Source: Salinispira sp. (GTDB taxonomy: Bacteria > Spirochaetota > Spirochaetia > DSM-27196 > Salinispiraceae). Taken from it: a stretch of DNA of 64,000 nucleotides. Position numbers and translations under genes: made by a program. The DNA lies in contig OZ271918.1 in the NCBI GenBank assembly GCA_965602015.1, positions 3,680,001 through 3,744,000 on the forward strand, in the 5' to 3' direction. Below are positions 38,097 through 47,873 of the stretch, piece after piece; within the stretch, counting starts at the first letter, position 1; each line of letters opens with the position of its first letter. The notes beneath the pieces are model-generated. The model did no database searches. It had not been told where the DNA came from and worked only from the letters and a program-made list of their open reading frames with translations.

Positions 38097-39368
38097 CTAG
38101 CGGGAGCCATTCTCCGCCTCCGGGTGGTAGGCTGCGGGCCGGTATTTCATGAGCTGAACTGCCTTGCTGCCCATTGCCTGTATGATGAAGGTGCCTATTC
38201 GCGTCTCGATTTTTTGGCCCTTCACCGGAAGCCCGGTAAGCTGTTCGAGCACGTAGCCTCCGACGGTTTCGGAGTTCCTGTCGTGTTCGATTTCCGTACC
38301 CAGCACGTCTTCGAGAATGTAAATCGGCGTATCGCCCTGGATGCTGTACCAGCCTTCCTGGCTGTTTTTGAATATCTTTGCGCCGTCGGGTTCTTCATCT
38401 TCATCGTAAATTTCTCCGATGATTTCCTCCACCAGATCTTCCATGGTTACGATGCCCGCCAGGCCTCCGTACTCGTCGAGGATAATTGCCAGGTTGAGCC
38501 GTTCCTCCTTGAGTCGGCGAAAGACCCGGTAGACCTTCCAGGTTTCCGGGAAATATACCGGCGGGAGCATGACGTCCGCCAGGCAGCCCTCGGTTTCGCC
38601 CCGGGCGGCCATGCGGGTCAGATCCTTTTCGAGAACCACACCGACGATATTTTCCGGATCATCCTGGTACACCGGAACCCTCGAGTGCCCCTGGTCCGCA
38701 ATAAGCGGCAGGGCTTCGTCGATCTGGGTTTTCTGTTCGAGGCTAAAAACGTCCTTCCGGTGGGTCATGATTGCGTGGACCGTCACATCACTGAAGCGGA
38801 ATACCGATTTAACCATGCGGGATTTGTAGTTCTCCAGAATGCCTATGTTCTCGGCGTGTTTTACCATGTGGAGGATTCCGTCCAGGGTGAAATAGTCCCG
38901 GGCCTTGGAGCGTCCGAAGCGGCTGATAAGCCGGGAGAAGGCATTGATGAACACGATGACCGGAAAAAACAGGAAGGACAGGCTCTTGATAATGCCTGCG
39001 GTCTGCAGGCAAATCCACTCGTTGTTGCGGATTGCGAACTGCTTGGGGAGCACTTCGCCGAATATCAGAATAGCCATGGTGAGGACGCCGGTGACAATGG
39101 CAAGGGGTATGTTGCCGAAGAGTCTGATGGATAGTTCCGACGTAATAACCGATATTGCCACGTTTACCAGGTTGTTTCCGATCAGAATGGTGGTCAGCAG
39201 CTTGTCGGGGTGCTTGTGCAGGTTCTCTACTATTTTGCCTCGGCGGGGATAGTGAACCTTGGTATGTTCTATCTGCATTAATGAGAGACTGGTAAATGCG
39301 GTTTCGCTTGAACTGAAAAAAGCGGAGAGAAAAAGCAGGAAAATCAGACCGGCCAGGCTGGCGATCAT
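38097..39368 (-). CDS. CNNM/CBS/CorC (hemolysin-family) transporter-associated protein
   Basis: SAFFSSSETAFTS, TILIGNNLVN, IFGEVLPK, GHSRVPVY, DEYGGLAGIVTMEDLVEEIIGEIYDE. Confidence 0.94.
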   Translation of the reverse strand: MIASLAGLIFLLFLSAFFSSSETAFTSLSLMQIEHTKVHYPRRGKIVENLHKHPDKLLTTILIGNNLVNVAISVITSELSIRLFGNIPLAIVTGVLTMAILIFGEVLPKQFAIRNNEWICLQTAGIIKSLSFLFFPVIVFINAFSRLISRFGRSKARDYFTLDGILHMVKHAENIGILENYKSRMVKSVFRFSDVTVHAIMTHRKDVFSLEQKTQIDEALPLIADQGHSRVPVYQDDPENIVGVVLEKDLTRMAARGETEGCLADVMLPPVYFPETWKVYRVFRRLKEERLNLAIILDEYGGLAGIVTMEDLVEEIIGEIYDEDEEPDGAKIFKNSQEGWYSIQGDTPIYILEDVLGTEIEHDRNSETVGGYVLEQLTGLPVKGQKIETRIGTFIIQAMGSKAVQLMKYRPAAYHPEAENGSR

Positions 39369-39452
39369 GCGCCGGCCTCCGGTCCGCGGACCAGGGCCGA
39401 GCCCTGTGGAAATACAGGATGCTCGGAGACCCCGGGACCGGATTGTTGTTCG

Positions 39453-39815
39453 CTATTCAACGTCGAGAACGTCCTTCATGGCCTTCAGCAGGGTTTCCTT
39501 GGGCAGGGCCCCGGCGGCCATTTGAGGTTTGTCACCGGTGGGAATAAAGAGGAGTGAAGGGATGCTCTGAATGCCGAAGGCAGCGGACAGCTCCTGTTCC
39601 TCATCGGTGTTGACCTTGTAGATATACATTTTGCCGTCAAACTCTTCCGAGAGTTCGTCGAGCACCGGCGCCACCATCTTGCAGGGACCGCACCAGTCGG
39701 CCCAGAAATCGATGATGGCGGGCTTGTCGCCTTCGTATTTCCACTCTTTATTTTCTTCGTAGTTGAAGACTTTCTCAAGGAAGCTTTCCTTGGTCAGATT
39801 AATTGTTTTGCTCAT
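39453..39815 (-). CDS. trxA: Thioredoxin
   Basis: DFWADWCGPCK, IQSIPSLL. Confidence 0.95.
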   Translation of the reverse strand: MSKTINLTKESFLEKVFNYEENKEWKYEGDKPAIIDFWADWCGPCKMVAPVLDELSEEFDGKMYIYKVNTDEEQELSAAFGIQSIPSLLFIPTGDKPQMAAGALPKETLLKAMKDVLDVE

Positions 39816-39890
39816 GTTACACATCCTTATATATTGATAATCATATATATAACGGTTTTTACATCAAAAGTAAAGCGATACCACAGGTGT

Positions 39891-40652
39891 TCACTGCATA
39901 CTATCGAATTCCACGGGAATATTCACCGCCTGAGACAGAAAAGTTGAGAAAAATGCCGAAAGGGAACGTCGGGCCTCTTCCCGGGCTTCGCGTATTTCCG
40001 GAACGCCCTCGACGTAGTCCCGTACGAAACCGGCAATGCGCCTCCAGTTTGCCTGATCCAGTGCGAGATCCGGGTAGGGGTAATTGCTGCTGTCCGGGTC
40101 TTCTATGCGAATATTCAGGATTTGAGCCGGCGGCAGTTCGACCCGCAGGCCTTCCCCGTTACCGTCCTGGCTGGTAATACGGATATCGTCAGCCAGTTGC
40201 GCCACGTCGTAGCCCAGTTCCACATGTGCGCTGATGACCAGGAAGTCGAAGGATCCGCTGAGGGGCTGGAGCCCAGCGTCCCTCGCGAGAAAATATGCCC
40301 GGTAGTGGCGGTACTCCTCGGGGCTCAGGGCTTCCTGAACGGTGGACCCGCCGCTGCGGCTGCGCAGCAGCAGCTCTTCGAGACTCAGGTCCCTGACAAA
40401 AAAATCCTGGGGGAACACCAGCTTGTAGATAAACTCCACGGTTTGCAGCTCACTGAGGTCGCGCATTTCTTCCAGCACCGCCTGGTGGGAAGCGTTGATT
40501 TCACTGCTGGTAAGCCTAAGTGACAAAAGGTCGATGTACGGTCCCCCGAAAATCGGCGTAAAAAGCACCGCGGCGGCGGAGGCCAGGATCAGAATGAGCA
40601 CCAGGATGAGTAGTATCCGGTTGGCCAGAGGATGGCGTTTGGGCCTGCTCAT
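39891..40652 (-). CDS. DUF4230-like membrane-anchored protein
   Basis: N-terminal TM; LEEMRDLSELQTVEF, AHVELGYD, VELPPAQIL. Confidence 0.7.
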   Translation of the reverse strand: MSRPKRHPLANRILLILVLILILASAAAVLFTPIFGGPYIDLLSLRLTSSEINASHQAVLEEMRDLSELQTVEFIYKLVFPQDFFVRDLSLEELLLRSRSGGSTVQEALSPEEYRHYRAYFLARDAGLQPLSGSFDFLVISAHVELGYDVAQLADDIRITSQDGNGEGLRVELPPAQILNIRIEDPDSSNYPYPDLALDQANWRRIAGFVRDYVEGVPEIREAREEARRSLSAFFSTFLSQAVNIPVEFDSMQ

Positions 40653-41257
40653 GATTCGCCTCCGTCCCTCGGAGCGGTCCGCCGTATCTCCACATCCATG
40701 GGGTAGTCCTCCAGCAGCTCCCGTATAATCCGTTCGGCCTGACGGTCCGCCCTGGACAGTATGCCTCGTGCGACGGCGTCCTCCACAATGTCGTTTTTGG
40801 CGTTGGCGATAACATCCTGAACTTCAATAAAGCTTATCTCCCGGCCGCTTTGCCTCAGGAAGTATTGGAAAATGGTGTCTTCCATGGCGTCTGAATACAG
40901 CACTTCGGCGGGGGGAAGGGTAATTCGGAGGGTCCTGGGGCCCGTGGTCTCGACGGCGAATCCCCGTTGAAGATTGACTCCGGCCCGCACTGCAATGTTT
41001 ACGGAAAACAGTATTTCCCTGCTCCCCGCCGGAATAAAACCCAGGAACTGACTCTGTTCTCCGAAGTAAATAACATCCCGGTATATGTACTCGGCGGTAT
41101 GAAGGGTGAGTACCGAGGTGATGCGCTGTTCCACGCCCCCTCTGATGGCTTCGATTCGCGCGGCCCCTCGGCAGCCTGCGCTAATAAGCGACGCGATGAC
41201 AAGAAACAGTCCACAGAGTACAATTGATGCAGATGTCGCCGGCGATTTGATCTTCAT
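40649..41257 (-). CDS. DUF4230 family protein, possible lipoprotein
   Basis: LHTAEYIYRDVI, VRAGVNL, ITLPPAEVL, AVARGILSRA; hydrophobic leader ending ISAGC. Confidence 0.78.
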   Translation of the reverse strand: MKIKSPATSASIVLCGLFLVIASLISAGCRGAARIEAIRGGVEQRITSVLTLHTAEYIYRDVIYFGEQSQFLGFIPAGSREILFSVNIAVRAGVNLQRGFAVETTGPRTLRITLPPAEVLYSDAMEDTIFQYFLRQSGREISFIEVQDVIANAKNDIVEDAVARGILSRADRQAERIIRELLEDYPMDVEIRRTAPRDGGES

Positions 41258-41311
41258 GCTCGTCTTCCGAGTATAGCATACCGGCACGGGGGTTGCCATG
41301 CGGCCCCGGGG

Positions 41312-42697
41312 ATGGTGGCAATGCAGAATCACATGATAGATGCTCAAAATTTACAGCAGCCCGACGGGGCCTCCGAGAGTTTTGACACCAAGCAGGTCGA
41401 ACTCATCAGGGAAGTCTTTCGTTACGCCCGCCGCTTTGTGGGCAAGCGCTTCGTCTTTCAATTGTCATCCACAGTCATCAACGGCGATGGTTTTCCCGGA
41501 TTGGTCAAGGACCTGGCCATCCTGCACCATGCGGGGATTCACGTCATTCTGATTCCCGGAGCCGGAGAGCGGATCGACCAGCTTCTCGCCCAGTTCGGAC
41601 GCGAGCGGGAATTCGCCCGGGGAATCCGGGTCTCCCACGAGGACAGCATCCCCATTATCAAAATGGCAGCATTCGATTCTGCGAATCATATAATGACCGA
41701 GCTCTCGAGCCACCAGGTGAGCAGCGTTATCGGCAACTGGGTGCGCGCCAGGGCGCTGGGGGTGGTGGACGGTATCGATTATCAAATGACCGGATCCGTA
41801 GAGAAAATCGCCTTTGCCCAAATTGAGCGCATTTTAGCCGACGGGCTTATTCCCATCCTCCCCTGCATCGGGTGGAACTCCGTCGGGCGCGCATATAACA
41901 TTTCCACCAATGAGCTGGCATCCCGGCTGGCCATCGGGCTCGGGGCGGAAAAACTCTTTTTTATCAGCACGGATTTTGAGCTCAAGGCCCGGGATTACTC
42001 CCTGGACATAGAAAATCCCATAGTCGACTCAGGCCGGATTACCCGCTTCGGCATTCAGGACGCCCGACGGTTCATGAAAATAAATGCCGATACCCTTCCC
42101 GGCCTCTGGCATGACATGATTCTCCAGGCCACCGATGCGGCGGAAAAGGGCGTGGACCGGGTCCATATTCTGGACGGCACTATCAACGGAGTGGTGCTGC
42201 GGGAAATATTCAGCACCAGGGGCAGCGGCACCCTGATCCACGTCGACCCCTTCGAGTCGATCCGGCCGATGGAGAATGAGGACATCGGTGATGTGCTGCG
42301 CCTCATGGCCCCGGGCATCGCCTCGGGTAACCTCATACCCCGGAGCCGCGAAGATCTGCAGGCGAGCCGCCGGTACTTCGCGGTGTTCGAGACTGACGGC
42401 TCGATCCGCGGTTGCGGAGCCCTGTTTCCCTGGCAGGATAATCGCGGTGAAATTGCCGGAATGGCCGTTGATCCCGAGGCGGGACACCTGGGAATTGGAA
42501 ATAAAATTCTGCGCTACTTCATCGAACAGGCCAGGGAAACCGGGCTCGACGGACTTTTCGCCCTCACCACTCAGGCCTCGGACTGGTTTCAAAACATGGG
42601 CTTCGAGAGGGGTAGATTGTCCGATCTGCCGGAAGAAAAGCGCAGCACCTATAATGAGGACAGAAACAGCAGAATTTATATCCTGCGGCTGGGCTAA
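41312..42697 (+). CDS. argA: Amino-acid N-acetyltransferase (N-acetylglutamate synthase); start may be 41321 or 41333
   Basis: AAK-like N-domain (LVKDLAILH, GVVDGIDYQMTG, GVDRVHILDG, EIFS..GSGT) plus GNAT domain (RGCGAL, GEIA, LFALTTQASDWF, YN..RNSRI). Confidence 0.93.
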   Translation: MVAMQNHMIDAQNLQQPDGASESFDTKQVELIREVFRYARRFVGKRFVFQLSSTVINGDGFPGLVKDLAILHHAGIHVILIPGAGERIDQLLAQFGREREFARGIRVSHEDSIPIIKMAAFDSANHIMTELSSHQVSSVIGNWVRARALGVVDGIDYQMTGSVEKIAFAQIERILADGLIPILPCIGWNSVGRAYNISTNELASRLAIGLGAEKLFFISTDFELKARDYSLDIENPIVDSGRITRFGIQDARRFMKINADTLPGLWHDMILQATDAAEKGVDRVHILDGTINGVVLREIFSTRGSGTLIHVDPFESIRPMENEDIGDVLRLMAPGIASGNLIPRSREDLQASRRYFAVFETDGSIRGCGALFPWQDNRGEIAGMAVDPEAGHLGIGNKILRYFIEQARETGLDGLFALTTQASDWFQNMGFERGRLSDLPEEKRSTYNEDRNSRIYILRLG

Positions 42698-42742
42698 GGC
42701 GAAGGCATTGCCCCGCGGCCTGGTAATCAGCGGAGGTAGCGA

Positions 42743-43984
42743 ATGTTTGGAAAAAAACGATCAGCCAAGGAACCGACCACTTCGGAACACGCTCCGGATA
42801 CAGCGCCAGCCGAGGCTCAGGAAAAGCTCAGCGCGCCCCAGCAGGAAATCTCCAGCGAGTCGGGGAAGCGGAGCGCCAAGGACATCCAGCGCTGGAATTT
42901 CGCAGTTCATCTGTTCAAGCGCTTTCGCGACGGCGAACGGGGCTTTCTCGGCAACGGTATTCAGGGAATTCGGGATGAGTACCGGGAATACCGGGAATTA
43001 AAAGACCAGACGGCGCAAAAATACGAAACCTATGACACGGTTTTAGCCAACGCCACCGACACCAGCGAGTATTATGTGCTTCTGGTACTGTCCTGCCTAA
43101 TCGCCACCTTTGGGCTGCTCGCCGATTCCGCCGCCATAATAATCGGGGCGATGATTGTGGCTCCCCTGATGGGGCCGATATTGGGATTCAGCGCCGCAGT
43201 GCTCTGGGGAAAGGGCCGGGATCTCTGGGAAACCATTACCACCCTGATCAAGGGCGCGGTGCTGGTGCTGGCCATTACCTCGGGGCTGACCTTTATACTG
43301 CCCTATGTGCCCATCGGCGAGCAGATCCTGCTGAGAACCCAGCCCGGACTCATCGATATCGGGGTGGCCATCGCCAGCGGATTGGTGGGGGCGTACGCCT
43401 ATGCAAACCGGAAGATCAGCACCAGCCTAACGGGTGTGGCGATTTCCGTGGCCTTAATGCCGCCGCTGTGCACCGTGGGCATCGGGATAGGAACTCTCAA
43501 CTGGCAGATGGCCGGAGGGGCGGGCCTCCTGTTCGCAATAAACATGCTGGGCATTTCGTTCGCCGCCCTGGTGGTGTTTTTCCTGATCCGCCTGCATCCC
43601 CAGGTCACCATGGACGAGGGAGAGAAAAGCCGTTTTGTCCGCAGGGCCCTGGGTCAGGCCCTGTTTTCACTTATTCTGCTGCTGGCGATTGCGGTTCCCA
43701 TGGTTTTTCTCTCCTACCAGGCTATTGAGATCAACAGCCAGCGCTCGCAGATTTCCGAGCATATCGAACGGCGAATCCTCGAGCAGTTCCCCGGAGCGGA
43801 ATTCGATCTGAGCGTTGAGTACGGCGAGGGCGGCTGGTCTGTGCGCACCCTCATTTACGCATCCGGCGGGGCGGAACTGACAGGTGCACCCGGGGCTTTG
43901 TCCGACAGCTTGTCCAGGGAGTTAACCGAGACCGTTACCGACCAACCGGTGGATCTGGGACTTTTCCTGTTTGATCGTCTATAG
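42743..43984 (+). CDS. DUF389/TIGR00341-like membrane protein
   Basis: IATFGLLADSAAIIIGAMIVAPLMGPI, RTQP...D..IA..SG, GVAISVALMPPL. Confidence 0.9.
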   Translation: MFGKKRSAKEPTTSEHAPDTAPAEAQEKLSAPQQEISSESGKRSAKDIQRWNFAVHLFKRFRDGERGFLGNGIQGIRDEYREYRELKDQTAQKYETYDTVLANATDTSEYYVLLVLSCLIATFGLLADSAAIIIGAMIVAPLMGPILGFSAAVLWGKGRDLWETITTLIKGAVLVLAITSGLTFILPYVPIGEQILLRTQPGLIDIGVAIASGLVGAYAYANRKISTSLTGVAISVALMPPLCTVGIGIGTLNWQMAGGAGLLFAINMLGISFAALVVFFLIRLHPQVTMDEGEKSRFVRRALGQALFSLILLLAIAVPMVFLSYQAIEINSQRSQISEHIERRILEQFPGAEFDLSVEYGEGGWSVRTLIYASGGAELTGAPGALSDSLSRELTETVTDQPVDLGLFLFDRL

Positions 43985-45113
43985 CTCCAAGGGCTGAGCT
44001 ACCCCGGCAGGTCAAAATGCGTTTGCCCGACGCCCGTTCATTCATCAGTTCTTCGTGGGCCCGCCCGGCTTCCGTCAGGGGGTATTCCCGGGTGATAACC
44101 GGATTGATGTCTCCGGTGGCTGCGGCTTTTTCCAGCTCCCGGTGAATTAGCAGGTTTTCCCCGTCGCTGTTTCGAAACAGCACAACGCCCCGTACATCCG
44201 CTTCAATGCCCATGGTTTTCCGGGGTGTGACGGTGGTTTCTCCCCGGCTTCCCACTACCATTACCCGGCCTCCCGGGGCAAGCATGCTCAAATCCGCCTC
44301 AAGATTACGATCCGCCCGCATTTCGACAATGACGTCGAATCCGCCGATGCCCCCGGCCAGGGCCGCAAGCTCCCCGGGCCTGCGGTGATCCGCCGCTTCC
44401 CGGGCTCCCCAGCGGCGAACCAGCTCGAGTCCCGCCTCAGACCCGGCGCTTCCCCAAACCGGGTTTCCCAGGTAGCCGCACCACTGCAGACATGCCAGCC
44501 CGACCCCGCCGCTGGCCCCGTGGACCAGCACCTTTTCGCGGGGAACGAGACCGCCCCGGAGAACCAGGGCGCGGTAGGCGGTGAAATAGTTGACGAAAAG
44601 GCCGGCGGCCTTGTTCATGCTCATGCCCAGCGGGACGGGAAAAACCTGGGAGCTTTTTGCCAGGCACCACTGGCCGTATGTCCCGCTGATGGTCCATCCA
44701 GCATAGACCCGGTCGCCGGGCTTGAAGTCAAAAAGCGAGTCTGCGGTGCCCGCGGCGGTAGCTGTGCCCGCGCCGGTAGCTGCTAAATCGGCCGCTGCGC
44801 CAGCCGCCGTGCCCGCGCCGCCTGATGCGCCGGGTCCGCCGGCGGGGTTCCGGACCGGGTCTGTGGCCTGAGTCTCCCGGGCAGCCGACGGGGGTCCCAC
44901 AGCCAGGATTTCACCGGCTCCCTCGAAGCCCGGGCAGAACGGCAGGTCCGGAGTATAGCCCTGGCTGCCCTGGCGCCGGTATACGTCCACGGGGTTTATA
45001 CCCGCGGCGTGAAGCCCGATGAGTATTTCCCCGGGGCCCGGCCGTGGAGCTTCGCTGTCCTGGAGCTCCAGGGCTTCCGGTCCGCCGTAGCGTTCAACAA
45101 GTATTCGTTTCAT
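43935..45113 (-). CDS. NADPH:quinone reductase (zeta-crystallin/MDR family) with an Ala/Gly insertion
   Basis: YGGPEAL, AAGINPVD, PGFEGAG, VLVHGASGGVG, VVGSRG, GKRIL. Confidence 0.9.
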   Translation of the reverse strand: MKRILVERYGGPEALELQDSEAPRPGPGEILIGLHAAGINPVDVYRRQGSQGYTPDLPFCPGFEGAGEILAVGPPSAARETQATDPVRNPAGGPGASGGAGTAAGAAADLAATGAGTATAAGTADSLFDFKPGDRVYAGWTISGTYGQWCLAKSSQVFPVPLGMSMNKAAGLFVNYFTAYRALVLRGGLVPREKVLVHGASGGVGLACLQWCGYLGNPVWGSAGSEAGLELVRRWGAREAADHRRPGELAALAGGIGGFDVIVEMRADRNLEADLSMLAPGGRVMVVGSRGETTVTPRKTMGIEADVRGVVLFRNSDGENLLIHRELEKAAATGDINPVITREYPLTEAGRAHEELMNERASGKRILTCRGSSALGAIDDQTGKVPDPPVGR

Positions 45114-45217
45114 CGGGTCCTCCTCTGTGCCGGCTGCACGTTCACAGCCGCCTGCTTTGTCCAGTTTACCCTATTTCCCGCTGTTTTTTTTGCCGGGCTG
45201 AGGATACTATGCAGGGT

Positions 45218-47617
45218 ATGCGAACAGTTGTGCCAATAAATGATAAGTGGAAGTACGTCCCGGATTTTTCCGAGGGCTTTACCGCCCGGGGGTTTGATGA
45301 TTCCGCCTGGGATGACATTACTCTCCCTCACAGCAACATCGAGCTGCCCTATAACGGCTTTGATGAGGCCGATTATCAGTTTGTCAGCTGCTACCGGCGA
45401 ATCCTGCAGGTTCCCCCGGAGGCCGCGGGAAAGCGGATCGCTCTCCACTTCGAGGGGGTCATGCTGAGCTGTACGCTGTGGGTCAACGGACGCGAGGCCG
45501 GCTCCCATTACGGGGGATATACCCCGTTTACCATCGACATAAGCGCTTTGGTGAATCCCGGCGAAGACGCCGCTCTTTGCCTCATGGTCGACTCCCGGGA
45601 GCAGGCGGATATTCCCCCTTTCGGCAAGGTAGTGGATTTCCTGACCTACGGGGGCGTCTACCGTGAAGTTCAGATGATAATTTCCGGGGAGAAGTACATC
45701 GAGTCGGCGAGACTGGCGGAATTCATGCGGAGCGCCGAGGGCAGCTACCGGGGGCGATACCGGGTTGAGCTGGGAGGTACCACCGGGGAGGATTGCCTGG
45801 TGCGTTTTCGCCTGAGCAGGGAAGGTCGGGAGCTGCTATCGGTAAATGCTCCGGCCTCCGAGGGAAGGGCGGAGGTAAGCGCCGATCTCTACGGCATCGA
45901 ACTGTGGGACATTGATGCCCCTACGCTCTATGACGCGAGCTTCGAACTGCTCGTGAATGGAGAACTCAATGACTGCCTGGAGATGCGGACGGGCTTTCGT
46001 TTCGCCGAGTTCCGGGATGACGGATTCTACCTCAATAACCGCAAGCTTTCCCTGGTGGGCCTTAATCGGCACCAGAGCTACCCTTACGCGGGATATGCCA
46101 TGCCGGAACGGAACCAAAAAGACGACGCGGACATCCTCAAGTTCCGGCTGGGAGTTAACATGGTCCGCACCAGCCATTATCCCCAATCGAGGCACTTCCT
46201 GGACCGCTGTGACGAGATCGGCCTTGTGGTTATGGAAGAAATTCCCGGCTGGCAGCACATCGGGGAGGGCGTGTGGCTGGATCGGAGCGTGGATGAAACC
46301 CGGGATATGGTGATCCGCGATGCCCACCATCCGTCGATTGTGCTCTGGGGCGTGCGGATAAACGAGAGTCCCGACCACCGCGAACTGTTCAGCCGCACCA
46401 ACGCCGCTGCCCGCCGGCTCGATCCGCTGCGGCAAACAGGGGGCGTGCGCAACTTTGCCGGCAGTGAAGTGCTGGAAGACGTGTACACCTTTAACGACTT
46501 CACCCATGACGGCAGCGCCGGCCCCGTCAGGAGCCGTAAGCAGGTGGCCGGGCGGTCCATGCCCTACCTGATAACCGAGCACAACGGCCACATGTATCCC
46601 ACCAAACGCTTCGATCAGGAACAGCGTCTGACCGAACACGCCCTGCGCCACGGCCGGGTTATCGCCGCGGCGCGCCGGGCGGGAGACGTGGCCGGCGCCA
46701 TCGGCTGGTGCGCCTTCGACTACAACACCCACCGGGAGTTCGGCTCGGGCGACCGGATTTGCTATCACGGGGTTATGGACATGTTCCGCATCCCGAAGTA
46801 CGCCGCCGCCCTCTATGCCAGCCAGATTGATCCGGCTCGGCGCATAGTTATGAAACCCGCCAGCGTGTTCGCCATGGGCGAGAGAAATGAGGCGAAGAAC
46901 CTGCCGGTGTACGTGTTCACCAATTGCGACTACATCAAGGTATTTCGGAACGGCGAGGAGCTGGGAACCTACCGGCGTAATTCCGCTGAGCTGAAAGGTC
47001 TGGCGTACCCCCCCATTGTGATAGACCAGATGGTGGGAAGCAGATTGGAGCGCCATGGTTTCTCAAAAAAAGAGATGGACAGTCTCAAGTCAATTCTCAG
47101 CCTGATATACCGAAGCGGGACTTCGGCTCTTTCGCCGCTGAGGTGGCTTCGCCTGGGTCTGATATTTCTGCGCCATGGCATATCCTTTACCGAAGGCGAG
47201 CGAATTCTCCAAAATGCCAGTACCGGCTGGGGCGACGGCGAACAGCGCTACAAAATAGAGGGCTGGTTCGACGGGCAGTGCCGCAGCGTCCGGGAGTACG
47301 GTTCGTCGGTTGCCGCTCGCCTCAGTGCCCGGGCTGACCATAGCTCTCTTGTGTCCTGCGTTGGGGGCAGGGCATGGGATGCCACCCGGGTTGAGTTCCG
47401 CCTTGAAGATCAGTTCGGCAACCTTATGCCCTTTGTCAACGAGTATCTCGAACTCGAGCTCCAGGGACCTGGCCGAATTATCGGGCCGGAGAAAACCGCC
47501 CTGACCGGAGGGGTTATGGCCGCCTGGGTGAGGGCAGGCAGTCTGCCCGGCACCCTGGTTCTGCGGGCCCGCTGCGGTCGCTTCGCCGCGGAGCCGGTGC
47601 GAATTACCGTAGAATAG
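45218..47617 (+). CDS. Glycoside hydrolase family 2 (beta-galactosidase-like)
   Basis: LHFEGV, HYGGYTPF, YGGVYREV, GLNRHQSYPY.G.AM, RTSHYP, WGVRINES (acid/base), ITEH (nucleophile). Confidence 0.93.
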   Translation: MRTVVPINDKWKYVPDFSEGFTARGFDDSAWDDITLPHSNIELPYNGFDEADYQFVSCYRRILQVPPEAAGKRIALHFEGVMLSCTLWVNGREAGSHYGGYTPFTIDISALVNPGEDAALCLMVDSREQADIPPFGKVVDFLTYGGVYREVQMIISGEKYIESARLAEFMRSAEGSYRGRYRVELGGTTGEDCLVRFRLSREGRELLSVNAPASEGRAEVSADLYGIELWDIDAPTLYDASFELLVNGELNDCLEMRTGFRFAEFRDDGFYLNNRKLSLVGLNRHQSYPYAGYAMPERNQKDDADILKFRLGVNMVRTSHYPQSRHFLDRCDEIGLVVMEEIPGWQHIGEGVWLDRSVDETRDMVIRDAHHPSIVLWGVRINESPDHRELFSRTNAAARRLDPLRQTGGVRNFAGSEVLEDVYTFNDFTHDGSAGPVRSRKQVAGRSMPYLITEHNGHMYPTKRFDQEQRLTEHALRHGRVIAAARRAGDVAGAIGWCAFDYNTHREFGSGDRICYHGVMDMFRIPKYAAALYASQIDPARRIVMKPASVFAMGERNEAKNLPVYVFTNCDYIKVFRNGEELGTYRRNSAELKGLAYPPIVIDQMVGSRLERHGFSKKEMDSLKSILSLIYRSGTSALSPLRWLRLGLIFLRHGISFTEGERILQNASTGWGDGEQRYKIEGWFDGQCRSVREYGSSVAARLSARADHSSLVSCVGGRAWDATRVEFRLEDQFGNLMPFVNEYLELELQGPGRIIGPEKTALTGGVMAAWVRAGSLPGTLVLRARCGRFAAEPVRITVE

Positions 47618-47873
47618 CGTGTGCCCTCAGACCGCGGGGAGGCCCGCCGCCGACCCGAACACAGTCAGGCAGCCTATGGTCTTCCGGCGGACTATCTCGC
47701 TTTGTATCGTATTTCCGACGATTTTCCATTTGGCACGAATCACTCATTTTGGTATATTCTACCCGCCGCGGCGATGATGGGCTTCTGTGTTATCATCTGC
47801 GGTCCGCTCGACGCTCGGCAGGTACCGGCGCAACTTATTACCATACAAAACAAAAACGAAAAGGAGATTCACG

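Noticed and set aside
38097..39368. Hemolysin toxin
   Set aside because: CNNM/CBS/CorC architecture is a metal-transport-associated family; nothing supports a cytolytic role.
47729..47760. CIRCE or sigma54 site upstream of htpG (TTGGCACG...)
   Set aside because: Lacks the second CIRCE arm and the -12 TTGC; better read as a TTGGCA-17-TATATT sigma70 promoter.
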